A DNA stretch of 45,353 bases from a virus. The position numbers were made by a program, and so were the translations under genes. Numbering within the stretch: position 1 is the stretch's first letter; every line of letters begins with the position of its first letter. Location of the stretch: IMG/VR virus record IMGVR_UViG_3300005393_000308; one strand, written 5' to 3'. Shown here in pieces: positions 9,968 to 19,342 of the stretch. The notes beneath the pieces were generated by a model. That model saw only the letters and a list, made by a program, of their open reading frames with translations. It was not told the origin of the DNA and did not search any database.

Positions 9968-10154
9968 CAGTAGTTATCCGGGTAAACATAGAAAAGCACA
10001 AAGCAAGGTGCCTGCCGATATTCGAGTTCACATTCGAGGCGGTGTAGTTGACATTCAGGCAAAACGCGCCCGTGTTCGACGCGTTAGACCAATTACCCCT
10101 GAAGATCGGAAGGTAGGACGCGTAAAGATTACCGTTGAAGCCGGATAACTACTG
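9968..10154 (-). ncRNA. DGR template RNA: TR (10006-10135) enclosed by a 14-bp inverted repeat
   Basis: 130-bp ungapped match to VR; AAY-rich; CAGTAGTTATCCGG (9968-9981) is the reverse complement of CCGGATAACTACTG (10141-10154). Confidence 0.9.
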
Positions 10155-10162
10155 GAAATTAG

Positions 10163-11215
10163 TTAATAAACGAGGCGCCCGCCGACAGCCGAGCTCACAC
10201 TCGAGGCGGCGTAGCTGACATACAGGCAAAACGCGCCCGCGTTCGACGCGTAAGACCAATCACCCCCGAAGATCGGAAGGCAGGACGCGCAAAGATTACC
10301 GTAATCACAAAGCTTAGTGGTGGCGCTGCCGCCACCGACCTTAATAATAAACCCAAGCGGTGCATCGGGGAATATGTCAGTAATATAACCACTAATATTT
10401 GCGACAAGGCCTGTATTGTAGACGGCGTACCCGGCGCCTGTATTGTTGAATCCCTTGTTGCCGATACAGATCTGTCTTGAGGCATTACAGTATAAGCCAT
10501 CTACCCACTTGTGAACATTACCCCAGAAGTTCTCTATTCCCCGGTAGGACATGGCGTGCTTGTCGTCAGTACCTAGATTAGCTTCGTTACCGGTATGGTT
10601 GCCCAGGGAGAGGGTTCTGCCGGTGGGAATGGTGGCAGTGTTGCCGCCTACAAACCCACGGCCTATTTTGGTCTGACTATTAAAGTGTGCATATTCTACA
10701 AGGTACAGCATCTGGATAGCGTATAGAAGATTAAAGTCCAGCTGGCCCCAGCCGTTGCCGTTGTTCTTAGCATAGTTACGGAAGGTGCCGATAGTTTGGC
10801 TGACTGTAACGGTTTTATTAGGCAGGCTACGCAGTCTGTTGGAACTGTCTACCCATCCCTCGAAGGCACCGATATAGCGGTAATCCACTTCGGGGACAGG
10901 GTCGCTGTTTTGTACATCGCACAGCCTGTCCCGCTGGCGGTAGAAGGCCGGGTGGACGACATAGCCGTCTTTGGGTTGATTTGAGACGCCGAAGACCATG
11001 TCGTCACCGTTGGCATACTTGGTGCACCAGAACTTAGGTATCTCCACCATACAGTTTTGGCCGGCCGACTCCACGGCAGCCCAGTCTACCGCAGTCCCAT
11101 CTTCCTTCTTATTGGAATCGTTAGGGTCAAGATAATAGGCGACCGTGCCGTTGGGATTGAGAATACATCTTCTCATCCATACCCAGGGAAGGTTCATGTC
11201 AAATGGGGTGGCCAT
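10163..11215 (-). CDS. DGR target protein, putative receptor-binding/tail fibre protein with C-type-lectin-like fold
   Basis: MVEIPKF, YIGAFEG, YRGIENFWGNVHKWVDG and C-terminal GGDW...AGAF...VGGRL containing the VR. Confidence 0.88.
   Translation of the reverse strand: MATPFDMNLPWVWMRRCILNPNGTVAYYLDPNDSNKKEDGTAVDWAAVESAGQNCMVEIPKFWCTKYANGDDMVFGVSNQPKDGYVVHPAFYRQRDRLCDVQNSDPVPEVDYRYIGAFEGWVDSSNRLRSLPNKTVTVSQTIGTFRNYAKNNGNGWGQLDFNLLYAIQMLYLVEYAHFNSQTKIGRGFVGGNTATIPTGRTLSLGNHTGNEANLGTDDKHAMSYRGIENFWGNVHKWVDGLYCNASRQICIGNKGFNNTGAGYAVYNTGLVANISGYITDIFPDAPLGFIIKVGGGSATTKLCDYGNLCASCLPIFGGDWSYASNAGAFCLYVSYAASSVSSAVGGRLVY
10173..10302 (-). repeat. DGR variable repeat (VR)
   Basis: 16 mismatches versus TR, all at TR adenines on the coding strand (13 A>G, 2 A>T, 1 A>C). 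Confidence 0.96.
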
Positions 11216-11704
11216 TTAAAACACCTCCACTGTTTCAACAGTTTTAAATTGAGTTTTATCAATAATAAGTGTCCACAATCTACCCGTACCTAAGATGCCA
11301 CCGTCAACCATTGGTATATCATAAGAGGTTTTTAAACGCATTGTGCCATCGAAGATCACCTGTGAGTCGGCCCCCTGGAAGCTGGTGGCATCGGCGTTGT
11401 TAAACTCACAGACAGTAGTAATCTTGTCCCGCTCGCCGGGAGTAAACTTGAGTACCTCTATAGGGATGCGCCGAAAGTCCTGCGTTGTAGGTATAGGTAT
11501 ATCAACGACATAGGGAGACGTCTGGCTGGCGGTAATATTGAGTTTGGTGACCTGAGATACATTAACCGTACCGCTGCTGGTGGGGAGCGTAGCCAGGCGC
11601 TCGGCCAGGGTAGGTTTATCGCCCCTGGCGGCGGCGATCTCGTCTCGTATAGAGTTTAGTTGTACGCTGTGGATCTGGTAGTCCTGAATGCGGGTAGCAG
11701 GCAT
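11216..11704 (-). CDS. Tail-associated protein
   Basis: N-terminus (RIQDYQI...EIAAARG...TLAERL) resembles that of the upstream tail protein. Confidence 0.6.
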   Translation of the reverse strand: MPATRIQDYQIHSVQLNSIRDEIAAARGDKPTLAERLATLPTSSGTVNVSQVTKLNITASQTSPYVVDIPIPTTQDFRRIPIEVLKFTPGERDKITTVCEFNNADATSFQGADSQVIFDGTMRLKTSYDIPMVDGGILGTGRLWTLIIDKTQFKTVETVEVF

Positions 11705-11718
11705 CTATTACACCTCCA

Positions 11719-13086
11719 TTAAGCTAGAAGACGCTTGCGGACCGATATTCCGGTAATCAACCCGCTAGCGTTGTAAGTATAGGTCGTGGTAATAATCAGG
11801 TTGCCTTCGGTGACCACTTCCGAGGCTCGGTACCCCTGTTCGTTGTACGTGTACTCTATGGTTTTGTTGACATCTCCAGTCCAAATCTCACGGACGACGC
11901 GGTTCTGTCCGTCGTACTCAATGGAGATGTCTACGTTACAGTCGCCGAGCTGAGAGTTGAGCCTGTGAGCTATAGAAGTATAACCGCCGGCAGCTGAGGA
12001 TTCGGCGGCCGTGGTGCTCTCCATGATGAACTTCACCCTGTCGCCGTCAGTGAGAGGATAGTTAAATGTTACAGCGTATTCGCTGGTCTCCGTATAGTCG
12101 TTGTCGGGGCCGGGTTCGTACAGGACGCCGTTGACGTAGACGCGCAGCCTGTTTTGGCTAACAGGATAAGGGTAGGATAAGTTGAATAAGGTCTGCCCCG
12201 GGGTTGCCGTAAATGTCTCGGTAAAACCCATTCCAGGGACCAGGTTTTCACATACGAAGCGTACATTTTGGCCGGCCGACAGAGGGTAATTAAATGTGAC
12301 CGTATATGCGTCTGTCTCTATATAGTCGGCGTCAGACCCCTCTTCCATCAGCACACCGCCTACAAAGACACGCAGCTTCTTTTGTCCAACAGGATAACGG
12401 TGCTGGAGGGTGAAGGTCTGCTGGTTTTCGGTTGAGACATGCGTCTCGCTGAAAGTAAAACCGTTGATTACGTCGTCAAGAGAATCCAGCCGCTGGTCGA
12501 GTGAAGCATGATTGCCGCGGGCCTCGCTTACCTCGCTCTCCACCACCGTGAGTCGGTCACCGATGGGGCCGTATCCTTCGCTGACGGCGTCTATTTCACC
12601 CTCCATGGCCTGCAGCCGCTCGCTCAGGGTGTCATAACCTCCGCGGGCATCGTAAACCTCTCCTGTGGCCCCGCCCTTCTGCAGGAAGGGCCGCAGATCG
12701 GATACGGTGACATCCGCGGTTGTTTGGCCGGTCGTCACCGCGCCCAGGAGCAGGCTGTCAGCATCCTGCAGCGCCTGCACGGCGGCTATAAGCGTCCCGT
12801 CTTTTTTCAGGTATATGTAGTAGACAGTCTGCGGCTGGGGCTGGTATATATGGCAGGTCAAAACAGAATGCGCCAGCACGGGAACATCGTCTATAAACGC
12901 AAGGCCTGGGTTAATTTCTACGATAAGAGAGTCGCCGGACGGATAGACGGATTTTATCTTGTAGTCGGACAGAATACTGTCGAGGCGTTCCTTGAGTGTG
13001 GGATATTCCCCGCGCGCGTCTCCTATCTCCTGCACGACACCATCGAGCCGCGGGCTGTTTATCTGGAAATCAGATATCCTGCGCAT
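11719..13086 (-). CDS. Tail fibre/baseplate-associated protein with internal repeats
   Basis: Three ARGxxxxLxxRL motifs; two roughly 65-aa repeats (FxET...QxxFxL...LRVxVxGVL...DYxET...VTFNYPL); YD-like C-terminus. Confidence 0.7.
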   Translation of the reverse strand: MRRISDFQINSPRLDGVVQEIGDARGEYPTLKERLDSILSDYKIKSVYPSGDSLIVEINPGLAFIDDVPVLAHSVLTCHIYQPQPQTVYYIYLKKDGTLIAAVQALQDADSLLLGAVTTGQTTADVTVSDLRPFLQKGGATGEVYDARGGYDTLSERLQAMEGEIDAVSEGYGPIGDRLTVVESEVSEARGNHASLDQRLDSLDDVINGFTFSETHVSTENQQTFTLQHRYPVGQKKLRVFVGGVLMEEGSDADYIETDAYTVTFNYPLSAGQNVRFVCENLVPGMGFTETFTATPGQTLFNLSYPYPVSQNRLRVYVNGVLYEPGPDNDYTETSEYAVTFNYPLTDGDRVKFIMESTTAAESSAAGGYTSIAHRLNSQLGDCNVDISIEYDGQNRVVREIWTGDVNKTIEYTYNEQGYRASEVVTEGNLIITTTYTYNASGLITGISVRKRLLA

Positions 13087-13347
13087 TAATATGTATCCTC
13101 CAAAACCGAACAGGTGGACAGACGTCCTCGCCTAAAGGGAAGAACCTTCAGAGCTACCCGCCTGCCGCTCTCGCCTATTACTTATAGTACCGCCCGGGCG
13201 GCAAGACTGTTGTTAGATAAGGAGAATTGTGGTATCATGGTGAAAAAGGGAGATAACCAGAGGAAAGGGGAGATGTGAGAAACCAAATGTCATCAAATCA
13301 ATGATAGCCAACTTATTTCAGAATTCACCAGTCTGGAGGGATGCATA

Positions 13348-15150
13348 TTGGAGATCATAAAGAGGATTATGGGACTGCTTATAACGCTGGCGGTAGTTGC
13401 GGCACTCCTGCCGCTCCCGGCGGTCGCTGACGACGGCAACGACGGCATTCTGTCATACGATGAAATGCCGAAGGTAATATGCGAGGGGTTTGTCAAGCCG
13501 CTGAGAGTGACGCTGGGAGACGACGGCTCCATTTATGTACTGGACGGCATGGTGCTTAAGAAATACAAAGACGGCCAGGTGAGCGAAGTGGCAAGCCTGC
13601 TCAATAGCGGCCAGTACTTCGACAAGTATAACCTGGGGGAAGTGGAGGACCTGTACACGTTCAGGCCGGGCACCATGGTCTATGCCCATGGGGCGGTCTT
13701 CATGGCGGGACTGATGGTGGATAAGCACGAACCGAGACCGTATGGCGAGTGGCGCCGGAGTTATCTCAGCAACCAGTACAGCATCGGTTCGGCGTATTCT
13801 GTAATAGTGAAGGTAACCGACCATTTCGAGCCGATACTGGTCGAGGGGCAGGAATCGGATCTGGCCCTGAACGAAAGCGAGCTTCAGGGATTGATGATGA
13901 ATGATCCATCTTACACCGAAGATTGGATGTACGAAGATTACACGACCCGCTACAGGAATCTCTACATTCCAAACCTCGTGCTGTTCCCGGACGGCAACAT
14001 ATATGTCATAAAGAATACGGCAATCAAACACAGGGACACCGACAACACAATTACATTAACACACAGGGGAATAGGGAAATTATACGACCCCAAAGAACAT
14101 TACATTTACAGCTCGTGGGGCGGCGCCCGGGCTCTCTACAAAATATACCCCGACGGAAGCCAGGAAATCATTGACGAGGGCACATACAACATGCTCAAGG
14201 AACCTGACAAATGCACGCTCGGAGACTTCGTGATTTCAAACAAGTACCTGCGCGAGATGAACGACGCCGACCCAGACAACGACACCATCTATGTCCTGCC
14301 GTCGCAGGAAGACCCCGAAAACTCGGTCATCGTCTGCAACGAAAGTTATATCTGGAAGTACAACTTTAAGGAACACACTTACAGACAGGTGGAATTCATC
14401 CCGGGCAACGCAATGCCCAGCGGCAACCAGATATTCCTGATGCCCGATCACGTATATGCGCCCACTATGCCACGCACCACGAAGACGCTGGGCAACTTCT
14501 TCTACGCCGGCAAAGTCTGGCGTCTCTACGCCGACAGGTACTACCAGGACTTTGGCGATCTGGGGCTTAAACCTTATGAAGAGTACGGGAGTTCAGTAAT
14601 TGACTGGACAATAGACGAGGATAGAAGGATGATTTACGCGCTCCTGGACAGCGGTAAGGTGACGGCGGTCAATTTCAGCAAGTACGTGCGCTACGCGCCC
14701 GGGCAGAACGAAGATTACCAGATGCCGGGCGGCACAAACGATGACACCGCCTTCAAGGTGATGTTTGACCAGAACAGGCAGGCCATCTACTCGGTCAACG
14801 GAAGCAAAGGGCCTTATGTGAAGGACGGGACGCTTTACGTGCCGATTGACCCCGTGGTCTATCTCCTCGGCCTCAGCGTGCATGAAGACACCCTGTGCCA
14901 GACGGGCACCGGCAACAACTACGCCATAAAGCTGAGCAACCCCAACTTCAACACGTCAGAGTATGTCTGCGTGGAAATCAACAGAGAGGGCAACGTCATC
15001 CAGAAGCACGCCAAACTCTGGCACCTGATGAACGTGATATACAAGCTCACCGGAATGAAGTATAACACCAGGTACGACGTGACCACCAACACGCTGTACA
15101 TCCAGCCGGACGACGGGGCAATACAGCTGTTCAAGGGGCTGTGGAATTAA
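13348..15150 (+). CDS. Secreted protein with probable copper-amine-oxidase-N-like (stalk) C-terminal domain
   Basis: Signal peptide (KRIMGLLITLAVVAALLPLPAVA); PYVKDGTLYVPI motif. Confidence 0.65.
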   Translation: MEIIKRIMGLLITLAVVAALLPLPAVADDGNDGILSYDEMPKVICEGFVKPLRVTLGDDGSIYVLDGMVLKKYKDGQVSEVASLLNSGQYFDKYNLGEVEDLYTFRPGTMVYAHGAVFMAGLMVDKHEPRPYGEWRRSYLSNQYSIGSAYSVIVKVTDHFEPILVEGQESDLALNESELQGLMMNDPSYTEDWMYEDYTTRYRNLYIPNLVLFPDGNIYVIKNTAIKHRDTDNTITLTHRGIGKLYDPKEHYIYSSWGGARALYKIYPDGSQEIIDEGTYNMLKEPDKCTLGDFVISNKYLREMNDADPDNDTIYVLPSQEDPENSVIVCNESYIWKYNFKEHTYRQVEFIPGNAMPSGNQIFLMPDHVYAPTMPRTTKTLGNFFYAGKVWRLYADRYYQDFGDLGLKPYEEYGSSVIDWTIDEDRRMIYALLDSGKVTAVNFSKYVRYAPGQNEDYQMPGGTNDDTAFKVMFDQNRQAIYSVNGSKGPYVKDGTLYVPIDPVVYLLGLSVHEDTLCQTGTGNNYAIKLSNPNFNTSEYVCVEINREGNVIQKHAKLWHLMNVIYKLTGMKYNTRYDVTTNTLYIQPDDGAIQLFKGLWN

Positions 15151-15452
15151 TGCTATTGACCATTATCGTTCTCCTTACTGCCGGCGCGATCATCTCTGCC
15201 TGCGTCACCTGCAAGGAAGTATTCTCATTCTTATATAAGCTGTTCTGCGTGTTCCGTATGCTGGTGATCATGCCGCTCTTCATACTTGGAGGAATGGCTT
15301 TCGGAGAATACATGGAGCGCCTGAACGGCACAGAAGACCCCTCTGCCGACATCTGGTACGGTCTTGCTGCAGCCGTTCTCTACTTCGTCATTATATTCAT
15401 TATAGATGCCGCAGCAGAAAAGATAGCCGAGAAGCACGGTATAAAGCTTTGA
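15141..15452 (+). CDS. Small membrane protein
   Basis: Three hydrophobic segments. Confidence 0.6.
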   Translation: MELMLLTIIVLLTAGAIISACVTCKEVFSFLYKLFCVFRMLVIMPLFILGGMAFGEYMERLNGTEDPSADIWYGLAAAVLYFVIIFIIDAAAEKIAEKHGIKL

Positions 15453-15469
15453 TACATGGAGGTATGCAA

Positions 15470-15613
15470 GTGCTTCAGTTTATTGGGTGCGCCTTCCTGA
15501 TCGGCGTGTTCGCCGGCTTCCTCTTTATTCTCATCAAGCTCGGGGTCGCGGCCGCCATAATATTCCTGGCCGTTCTCATGGCCCTGGGGATTTTCTCGAA
15601 AGGTAAAAGATAA
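15470..15613 (+). CDS. Small 2-TM membrane protein (47 aa)
   Basis: GGAGG RBS, VLQFIGCAFLIGVF...SKGKR*; below the ORF-track cutoff. Confidence 0.5.
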   Translation: MLQFIGCAFLIGVFAGFLFILIKLGVAAAIIFLAVLMALGIFSKGKR

Positions 15614-15620
15614 ACAGATA

Positions 15621-15656
15621 AGGCATAGCAGGTGCCTGCTATGCCTCGCTTATTTC
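15621..15656. terminator. Hairpin between convergent genes, probable terminator
   Basis: AGGCATAGCAGG-TG-CCTGCTATGCCT perfect 12-bp inverted repeat. Confidence 0.65.
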
Positions 15657-15842
15657 AGGTACCAGGTGGTAGCGATATCACTTGTACTTCTAGAAAATCT
15701 ACTCACGATCTTACTTAAGCCATTCAATAACATGGCCTTTACGCGTTCTCCCAATGACATTCTGTTTGCCTTAAGCTTGTACATTTCGTCCTTTACTTTG
15801 TTGGCGGTCCGGTCCTTCTAGATAAGCAAAAACCAGCCGCAC

Positions 15843-17351
15843 TCATACAGCCGGTTCTTTGTTCCTCAGTTCCCACAACCGTCTCTTTATTTCCGCTATA
15901 CACTCATCCTCATTCTGTTTGCTCAGGTAAACTGCCGGAACCCCCCGCCGCCGCATTTCAGCCATCACTGTGTCATACAGCGCATGGCTTATATACCCTG
16001 TAATGAAACACACGACTTCTGCGTAGGCTATCATTGACGATTCATATGGATCGTCAGCCGCAATAATCCTCCACAAATCAGGCAGCACCTTTTTCATGCG
16101 CGCCGCCCAGCGCTGGTGACCCCCAATTATCACTCCCCTGACGAAAGAAAGATCGGTATCTGGTATCTCTTCGTCCTCTTCCGAATAACCAAATAGCCCT
16201 TGTTCCATCTCCCCCAGCCTCTGCCGCAGTCTTTCTATCTCTTCCCAAAGCCGGCGGTTTTCCGTTTCCAGTTCTTTTACCCGGTCAATATACTCTGATC
16301 TTGCCCTGCCATACTCTTTCTCCAGCTGCGCCCTCAACCGTTTTATCTCAGTATCTCTCTGTTTGAGCAATTCTTCCAGTTCCCCGGCCCGGGTTTTCGC
16401 TTCCTCCGCCTCACGCCGGGCCGCGCTCTCCTCCAATTGGTACACCTCACGGCTGGTCTTGAAATACAGTTGTTTCGCTTTCCTGTAGGAACGCAGGACA
16501 GCCCTGAGCATATGCCCTGCTACAAGGAACTTCTTCACCTCATCCGATTCGACCTGCTGCTCACCGCCGGCACAGACAAGCGCCGCTACCACCTCATCTA
16601 CCTCATACTCGGACAACACCTCGTCCTCGACAATGCCGGTCGACATTCTCTCCAAGTCAAAGATAAAACCAACAGCATCAAACCACGTCCTGACAACAGG
16701 GTCGCGGCTACTGATATAGGAGTTTATATAGTGGTTAATCTTGATACGGTCATACACGTCCCGCCTTAGTTTCCGCACCTGCCGGATCAACTTCTTATCC
16801 AAAGCCTTCCACGCCAACCGGTTGACCCCATATTCCCATTTTAACCTGTCAAAGCAAACAGAAGTGATAAACTGGTTCCCGGGATCACCCGCGTCCAGTT
16901 CCCTTCCCGATATATTTGCAACTATAATTGTCAGTATTGCGGTGGCGTTTAAATCATCGTTCTTGAGCCGGTCAAACTGCTCCCGTCGTCGCACACCAAG
17001 TTCCTGGTAAATCAACTCCCTGACTGCTCTGTCGACACTTATCTTTCCTTCCTGCTTTCGCACCCACTCGTAAACATACGGCCAACCCTTCCTTATAATC
17101 TTCAAAACATCATCATCCCGCCCGGCGGCAATCAACCCCAGGACATGCTTGGCCACTATCTCCCTCTCCAGTGACTGGCCGGTAATAAACTCACTGTCAT
17201 ACCACTTGCTCGCCCGCGCCGCCTGGTAATACTTTACCGCATCAGCCATATAAAGCTCACTGATCAACTTCCATACCGTCCTGTTAGATGAGATTATCTC
17301 ACACAGGAACGGTACAAAAGACACCTCTACCGCTTTCTCCTCCATAAACAC
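15843..17351 (-). CDS. Coiled-coil protein with C-terminal DUF2325-like domain
   Basis: IIGGH...EVVCFITGYISHALY C-terminal motif after a long coiled coil. Confidence 0.7.
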   Translation of the reverse strand: MFMEEKAVEVSFVPFLCEIISSNRTVWKLISELYMADAVKYYQAARASKWYDSEFITGQSLEREIVAKHVLGLIAAGRDDDVLKIIRKGWPYVYEWVRKQEGKISVDRAVRELIYQELGVRRREQFDRLKNDDLNATAILTIIVANISGRELDAGDPGNQFITSVCFDRLKWEYGVNRLAWKALDKKLIRQVRKLRRDVYDRIKINHYINSYISSRDPVVRTWFDAVGFIFDLERMSTGIVEDEVLSEYEVDEVVAALVCAGGEQQVESDEVKKFLVAGHMLRAVLRSYRKAKQLYFKTSREVYQLEESAARREAEEAKTRAGELEELLKQRDTEIKRLRAQLEKEYGRARSEYIDRVKELETENRRLWEEIERLRQRLGEMEQGLFGYSEEDEEIPDTDLSFVRGVIIGGHQRWAARMKKVLPDLWRIIAADDPYESSMIAYAEVVCFITGYISHALYDTVMAEMRRRGVPAVYLSKQNEDECIAEIKRRLWELRNKEPAV

Positions 17352-17378
17352 ACCTACCCGTTTTATATATAACTGCCA

Positions 17379-18011
17379 CTATTTACCCCCGAACTCATAC
17401 CCGCAGAAACGGCATACCTTAGCCCGCGCCCGCACCATTTCCGCACACTGCGGACACTCTTTATACTCCACACCGCCCGCCGCCGCGGTCTCCTGAATAA
17501 CACTGACCTCGCGTTCCAACAGCTCCTGTTGGTTCAACATATGACGCTGGTACATTTCCTGCTGCCTTTCAATCTCACCCTCAAACACCTTAATTTCCTT
17601 GTTCAGCTCATCTATTTCCTTATTAAGTTTGTCTATTTCACCCTGCGCAGCCGCCCGCGCCTCTCTCCCCTTTTCAATAGTTACCGCTCCCCACAAGAGC
17701 GACACAATGCCGCCAATAGCTATAAATAAACCAGCTGCAGCTACACCACCACCCTCCCCGGCAAACCCGAGAAACGCAAGTGGTACGCCGACAATAATGG
17801 CCAGCCAGCCAATCACTCTGATCAGTGTCCCTATGAACACCGTAAAAGAACCAGTAAGCTCGAGCGTATCCACCCGCGACTTCTTCTCACCTATAATCTT
17901 TTTCTTATCACGTACTCTCTCCTTCAACTGCTTCATCTTTGCCTCAAATGCCGCGGAAACATCTACAGTCCTGATCAGTTCCTGCAAATCAATCCCTCCC
18001 AATTCTAACAA
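17379..18011 (-). CDS. Membrane protein with C-terminal zinc ribbon
   Basis: Two TM helices, coiled coil, CPQCAE...CRFCGY. Confidence 0.75.
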   Translation of the reverse strand: MLELGGIDLQELIRTVDVSAAFEAKMKQLKERVRDKKKIIGEKKSRVDTLELTGSFTVFIGTLIRVIGWLAIIVGVPLAFLGFAGEGGGVAAAGLFIAIGGIVSLLWGAVTIEKGREARAAAQGEIDKLNKEIDELNKEIKVFEGEIERQQEMYQRHMLNQQELLEREVSVIQETAAAGGVEYKECPQCAEMVRARAKVCRFCGYEFGGK

Positions 18012-18244
18012 GTTATTTCATGCTGCCTATTATTTCTACAATCTCCCGCGTAAATCCTTTTAGCCAGTCTCTACACGAATGCATGGATGTGAATAAAGAT
18101 AGAATTATTTCCTGGAGGGCCTTTTTAAGGGAAAATGTGCAGCCATTTCCTAGAGGGGGTAGGACTACAGCACATGACAAATTGCTGCGTTTGATGCCCA
18201 TCCCGGTTTGAACGCGGCAGGCAAAACAAAGGGAGGTGAATGTA

Positions 18245-18391
18245 ATGGCCCAGTTAACAGTCAAGAAGTGCGTCCGTTGTGGCAGAGAGATTGTTGCTCT
18301 CGTAAGAGAGAGCGAACCTATCTGCCAGCATTGCCAGCCAAAGAGAAAGCAGGGTTTACTGGCCCTGCTTTTTTCTTTGCTGGTTGGGTAG
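18245..18391 (+). CDS. Small zinc-finger protein (48 aa)
   Basis: GGGAGGTG RBS; MAQLTVKKCVRCG...ICQHCQ. Confidence 0.55.
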   Translation: MAQLTVKKCVRCGREIVALVRESEPICQHCQPKRKQGLLALLFSLLVG

Positions 18392-18401
18392 TTTTCTTCT
18401 T

Positions 18402-18771
18402 TCCAGGAGCCTCTCCCGGCGGGGCGGGGGCTTCTGGAGGGGACCCGCCGGGGCAACCGCGTGGTGGAGCGGTAGACCTGGGCAGGGACCCACGGTGTTG
18501 GCTCCGGCCTTGGGGTTGGGGCCACAAGGGAAGCGGTGTAGGTTTTCGGATAGCCGGCACCGCTTGTCCCCGCTTCCGGTTCTGGAGGGTTGCCGGGTTG
18601 ACAAAAGCCCTCTTCCAGCAGGTCCAATCCTATGACCTTAAACTGGGACTGCAATACACTGGGGCAGCTCCAGTGGGCTTAGCGGGCCGTCACTGCTGCG
18701 CTGAGCCGCACTGATACGGTGGAATGGATGAGATGAATACATAGTCTCCTCTGCAATGAAACCGCATCAGT
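18402..18771 (+). ncRNA. Candidate large structured RNA/leader
   Basis: Back-to-back stem-loops with many G-U pairs on the + strand; no credible ORF. Confidence 0.5.
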
Positions 18772-18885
18772 CACCCGGTGAGGGGAGCGCTCCTGTTGCT
18801 GTGTGACCAGGCGCAGGACAGGAGGTAATAGCGACGATGGCGCGAGCTGAGCTGAGAGTCTGAGGCGGAGAAGGAGGTGTTAACT

Positions 18886-19233
18886 ATGTTGAACTGGCTG
18901 AAGGGACTGTGGGCCCGTTTCGCCGCCTTCGTGAAGAAGGTGGTGGAGCGGGTTAAGTCCGTTGCTTTCGCTGTCCTGGAGAAAGGCAAAGACGCGGTTG
19001 CCCAGGCTGCTGTCTGTGTCGCCGCCCAACCTGCTCCTGTAAGAGTGGCGGTAGCGGTAGTGGCTGGGGCGGTGACCGCTGCAGCAGCATTGGCTGTGGC
19101 TAAGGCGGTTGCTGTTCCGGTCCTGTTGGCCGTCCTTATCGTTGTCCTGGCGGGACTCAAGTTCCTGCCTTTCCTCGCCGGGGCGGCTGCGGGCTACTAT
19201 CTCTATCACCTCCACACTAGCATACAGTGCTAG
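18886..19233 (+). CDS. Ala/Val-rich membrane protein
   Basis: AAGGAGG RBS; long hydrophobic C-terminal half. Confidence 0.65.
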   Translation: MLNWLKGLWARFAAFVKKVVERVKSVAFAVLEKGKDAVAQAAVCVAAQPAPVRVAVAVVAGAVTAAAALAVAKAVAVPVLLAVLIVVLAGLKFLPFLAGAAAGYYLYHLHTSIQC

Positions 19234-19342
19234 CGCGGAGGTCCCCGGTTCCGGGGTGTCTCCGGGTCAACAAAAGCGCCCTTCCAGTAATTAAACCTGA
19301 TGAGGCAGGTCTGCCATCCGATCTGCTTAGGGCTATAAGGAG

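Noticed and set aside
18598-18630. TTGACA as a -35 promoter box
   Set aside because: No -10 box at 16-18 bp, and the second repeat copy has TCAACA
18013-18714. Several overlapping Pro/Gly/Arg-rich ORFs on both strands
   Set aside because: No RBS or motifs; likely a by-product of GC-rich structured non-coding DNA
19297-19330. CTGATGA followed by a hairpin, suggesting a hammerhead ribozyme
   Set aside because: No GAAA after stem II and no closing stems I/III found
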